This document shows positions 61,564 through 64,000 of a DNA stretch of 64,000 bases, one piece after another. The DNA is from Nemertoderma westbladi (taxonomy: Eukaryota > Animalia > Xenacoelomorpha). Location: contig JAUCBJ010002077.1 in assembly GCA_032718475.1 (NCBI GenBank), positions 1-64,000 on the forward strand, given 5' to 3'. Numbering within the stretch: the first letter of the stretch is position 1; each line of letters begins with the position of its first letter. The position numbers and the translations under genes were made by a program. The notes under the pieces are model-generated. The model worked only from the letters and a program-made list of their open reading frames with translations, made no database searches and was not told the DNA's origin.

Positions 61564-61796
61564 CCCATGTGAAGAATACCAGGATTTACCTTTTCGGTCG
61601 ACTTTTAGTGGAATTTTATATACGGTATGCAGATTTTAATTTTTTTTTGTTTATCTTTATTAAGTGTATTATAGAGAGCTTATTTATGGCTTATAACCTG
61701 TACATACAGACATATACTAATTCGTTTATTGTTTTGGTTATATTCAGCCCTTCTGTAACCGTGTTTTTGGTGAAAACCTGGTATTCTTCACATGGG
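61564..61796. mobile_element. Small MITE with CCC termini (possibly CMC/EnSpm-like)
   Basis: 20-bp TIR CCCATGTGAAGAATACCAGG / CCTGGTATTCTTCACATGGG; related sequence at ~48800-48965. Confidence 0.65.
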
Positions 61797-61979
61797 GGTA
61801 ACTGCAAAGTGAAATATAACGGCAAAGTCTGGTATTCTTAGCCAATGTGAAGAATACCAGAATACCTTACTACTACATAATAGTACTTAACTAATTATGT
61901 TTATGCTAATTATTTATCAGCCTATTATTGCCACATGGGTGTGTGGGTGGATGGGAATGTGGGAAGGTTCCCGCTGGTT

Positions 61980-62141
61980 GTTTATTGTTTTGGTTAGAAA
62001 AGTCAGCCGCGGTAACATTCTCCTTTCTCTCAATTGGTAGGTAACAAAATAGTTTATTGTTTTGGTTAGAAAACGGTGTCTCTGTAACCTGCTCCTTTCC
62101 CTCAATTTGTAGGTAACCACGTAGTTTATTGTTTTGGTTAG
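61980..62141. repeat. 72-bp tandem repeat, ~2.3 copies
   Basis: GTTTATTGTTTTGGTTAG recurs at 61980, 62052 and 62124. Confidence 0.7.
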
Positions 62142-64000
62142 GAAACTGAGACTGGTTAGAGACTGTATCAGCTGGCAATATTGGGCATGTTAAGTGTTTC
62201 TTAATATACACACCACACAGTAGGCCTAGAGATACCCCTTCCTGCCTTCCCTTTCTGCCTTTAGCGTAACAAACCTTCATCATATATCGCATTTTTAATA
62301 TGTAATAACATGCCTTTGTGCATTAGATGCATACCGGTATGCCTGTACTGCTACGTAACAGGGCAACGTGAAACATGATCTCCTATTCCAGTATTCAGCT
62401 ATTGGCTATTTAATTTACCTTCAAAGACAGTTAGGTAAATATTATATCTCTTTCTACTTATTCTCTTCTACTCTTATCTCTTTTAGATGCTGTCAGATCA
62501 GATAAGGACAGACGTTTTATTCTACCTCCGTTATTACTCGTTGTTGCTCGTTGTTACTCGTTGTTGCTCGTTCAGTCGTTGTTCCTCATTATTGCTCATT
62601 GTTGCTCGTTGTTGTACTTTATTATTGCTCATTTTTGCTCGTTGTGGCTCATTGTCTGATTGTTGCTCAATGTTACTCGTTGTTGCTCATTGTTGCTCGT
62701 TCAGTCATTGTTCCTCATTATTACTCGTTTGCTTGTTGTTGTACTTTATTATTGCTCATTGTTGCTCAATGTTACTCGTTGTTGCTCGTTGTTTTGTTAC
62801 TCATTGTTCAGTTGTTGCTCGTTGTTGTTCGGCCATTGTTGCTCGTTGTTGTTCGGCCATTGTTGCTCGTTGTGCATTTTTGCACCTATCAAATTAAGTT
62901 CAGAAGCTCCCTTATGCAGTCTTGCAATGTCCTGTCCAGGTTAGGGAGTTAGGTCATACATAACTGTCATAAGCAGATAAAGGGCAGGAGGACGAGGCTG
63001 GGAGACGAGGTTATAAGATACATTATATAGGGATATTTAATTTAATTTATTTTAGTAATTTAATTTTTTTATTTAATTTATTCAATATATGAGAAATGAT
63101 AAAATATTTAATTTATTTAAGGATAAGGAGTATGCAGATTTTGGAATGAAATTGTATACCTAAATAAGAAACCCATGTCAAAAAGTTCTTATTTAAGGAC
63201 TTTTAGTATTTATATGTACAATCTCGATGTCTTAAATAAGGTAAATTTAAAAAATCCCCCTTATTTAGGAACTGGTCGTATTTTTGATGCAATTTTAAAA
63301 CGCTTGTAGAAAAAAAACCGGACGGTGAAATGTTTTCAGATTTTTTGCATTATGTTCAAGAAAGACCCAACTTTTATATTGTGAAATAAAATTATGCGGT
63401 ATTTTTTCCTGAAACAAGTTCTTGCATATTATGTCGAAAAAATATCCAAAAAAGGCCCAAAAACCCCTAAATAAGAGCCATTTTCCTTAAATAAGAACCC
63501 ACTTTTGGAGCTTATTTAAGGGTATGTTCCCTACTGACCGGCAGGCGGCAGACCTGTCTACCTGTCTACAGCAGTATGCAGTACCCTACTACAGTAGACC
63601 AGTAGACTCGAAGACTGTCGTCAAGCGGTCAGGTCCACTATCAGAATCAGACTATCTGACTATATCCAGGCTGCCACTGCCAGCGGCCAGGCGTTCGCGT
63701 TGGTGTTTCCTAGTACCGGTACAGTACCGGTACTGCAGTGTGCAGTAGTAGGTCAGTAGGTAGGCCTATTGATGTATTAAGAGACCAAGCACCCCAGGCC
63801 CAGGTTGGAATTTCTGTCATATGTCTGTATGTAGAGTTTTCTCAACATGTATGGCGCGCATTAAGGATCCTGGCGCGGAGCAACAGCCAACAGGCTGACA
63901 CCTGCAACCTGACACCTGACAGGGCTACTGCTAACCAACGCAATACAGCAATAGTTTTTAAATACCGGTACAGACTGACAGAATGCGATTATAGATTAAA

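Larger units (their letters stand above)
61111..62528. mobile_element. Nested MULE-like element inside the foldback minisatellite
   Basis: IR TAAAACGTCTGTCCTTATCTGATCTGA / TCAGATCAGATAAGGACAGACGTTTTA; 9-bp TSD CGTTATTAC (61102-61110, 62529-62537). Confidence 0.75.
59138..63536. mobile_element. Long-TIR foldback-type DNA element with 5-bp TSD
   Basis: ~820-bp inverted arms (59138-59960 vs ~62660-63536) starting CAGTAGGGAACATACCCTTA; ACCGG at 59133-59137 and 63537-63541; arms end internally in a TTGTTGCTC minisatellite. Confidence 0.88.

Noticed and set aside
59692-62952. Cys/Leu/Val-rich hydrophobic ORFs
   Set aside because: Translations of the TTGTTGCTC minisatellite in the foldback arms.

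Overview
Eukaryotic (most likely invertebrate metazoan) genomic DNA. 1-12.7 kb is a compact cluster of apparently intronless genes: a class I SAM methyltransferase, an orphan single-pass membrane ORF, MMS19, an arylsulfatase B-like sulfatase with a non-canonical CxAxR motif, and LYRM5/ETFRF1. 13.9-24.7 kb is a complete non-autonomous BEL/Pao LTR retrotransposon (1160-bp LTRs, CTCTC TSD). It keeps a long Gag-protease ORF but has lost RT, most of RNase H and the integrase core. It has three unusual features: no tRNA-type PBS (the 11 nt after the 5' LTR are instead complementary to an 11-mer inside the LTR, as in Tf1 self-priming), a duplicated covarying RNA structure, and a decayed ~515-codon non-env accessory ORF. 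A 9.4-kb tandem duplication (15812-25249 / 25250-34708) copied most of it and created a chimeric 1461-aa ORF. 41.5-55 kb is a second tandem duplication giving two clan-2 cytochrome P450 paralogs, one lacking the catalytic I-helix Thr. The rest is densely nested mobile DNA: MULE-like, hAT-like and Helentron-associated elements (one with CTCF-like motifs), RTE-like LINE fragments, a tRNA-derived SINE and a long-TIR foldback element. All counts and alignments were made by eye.
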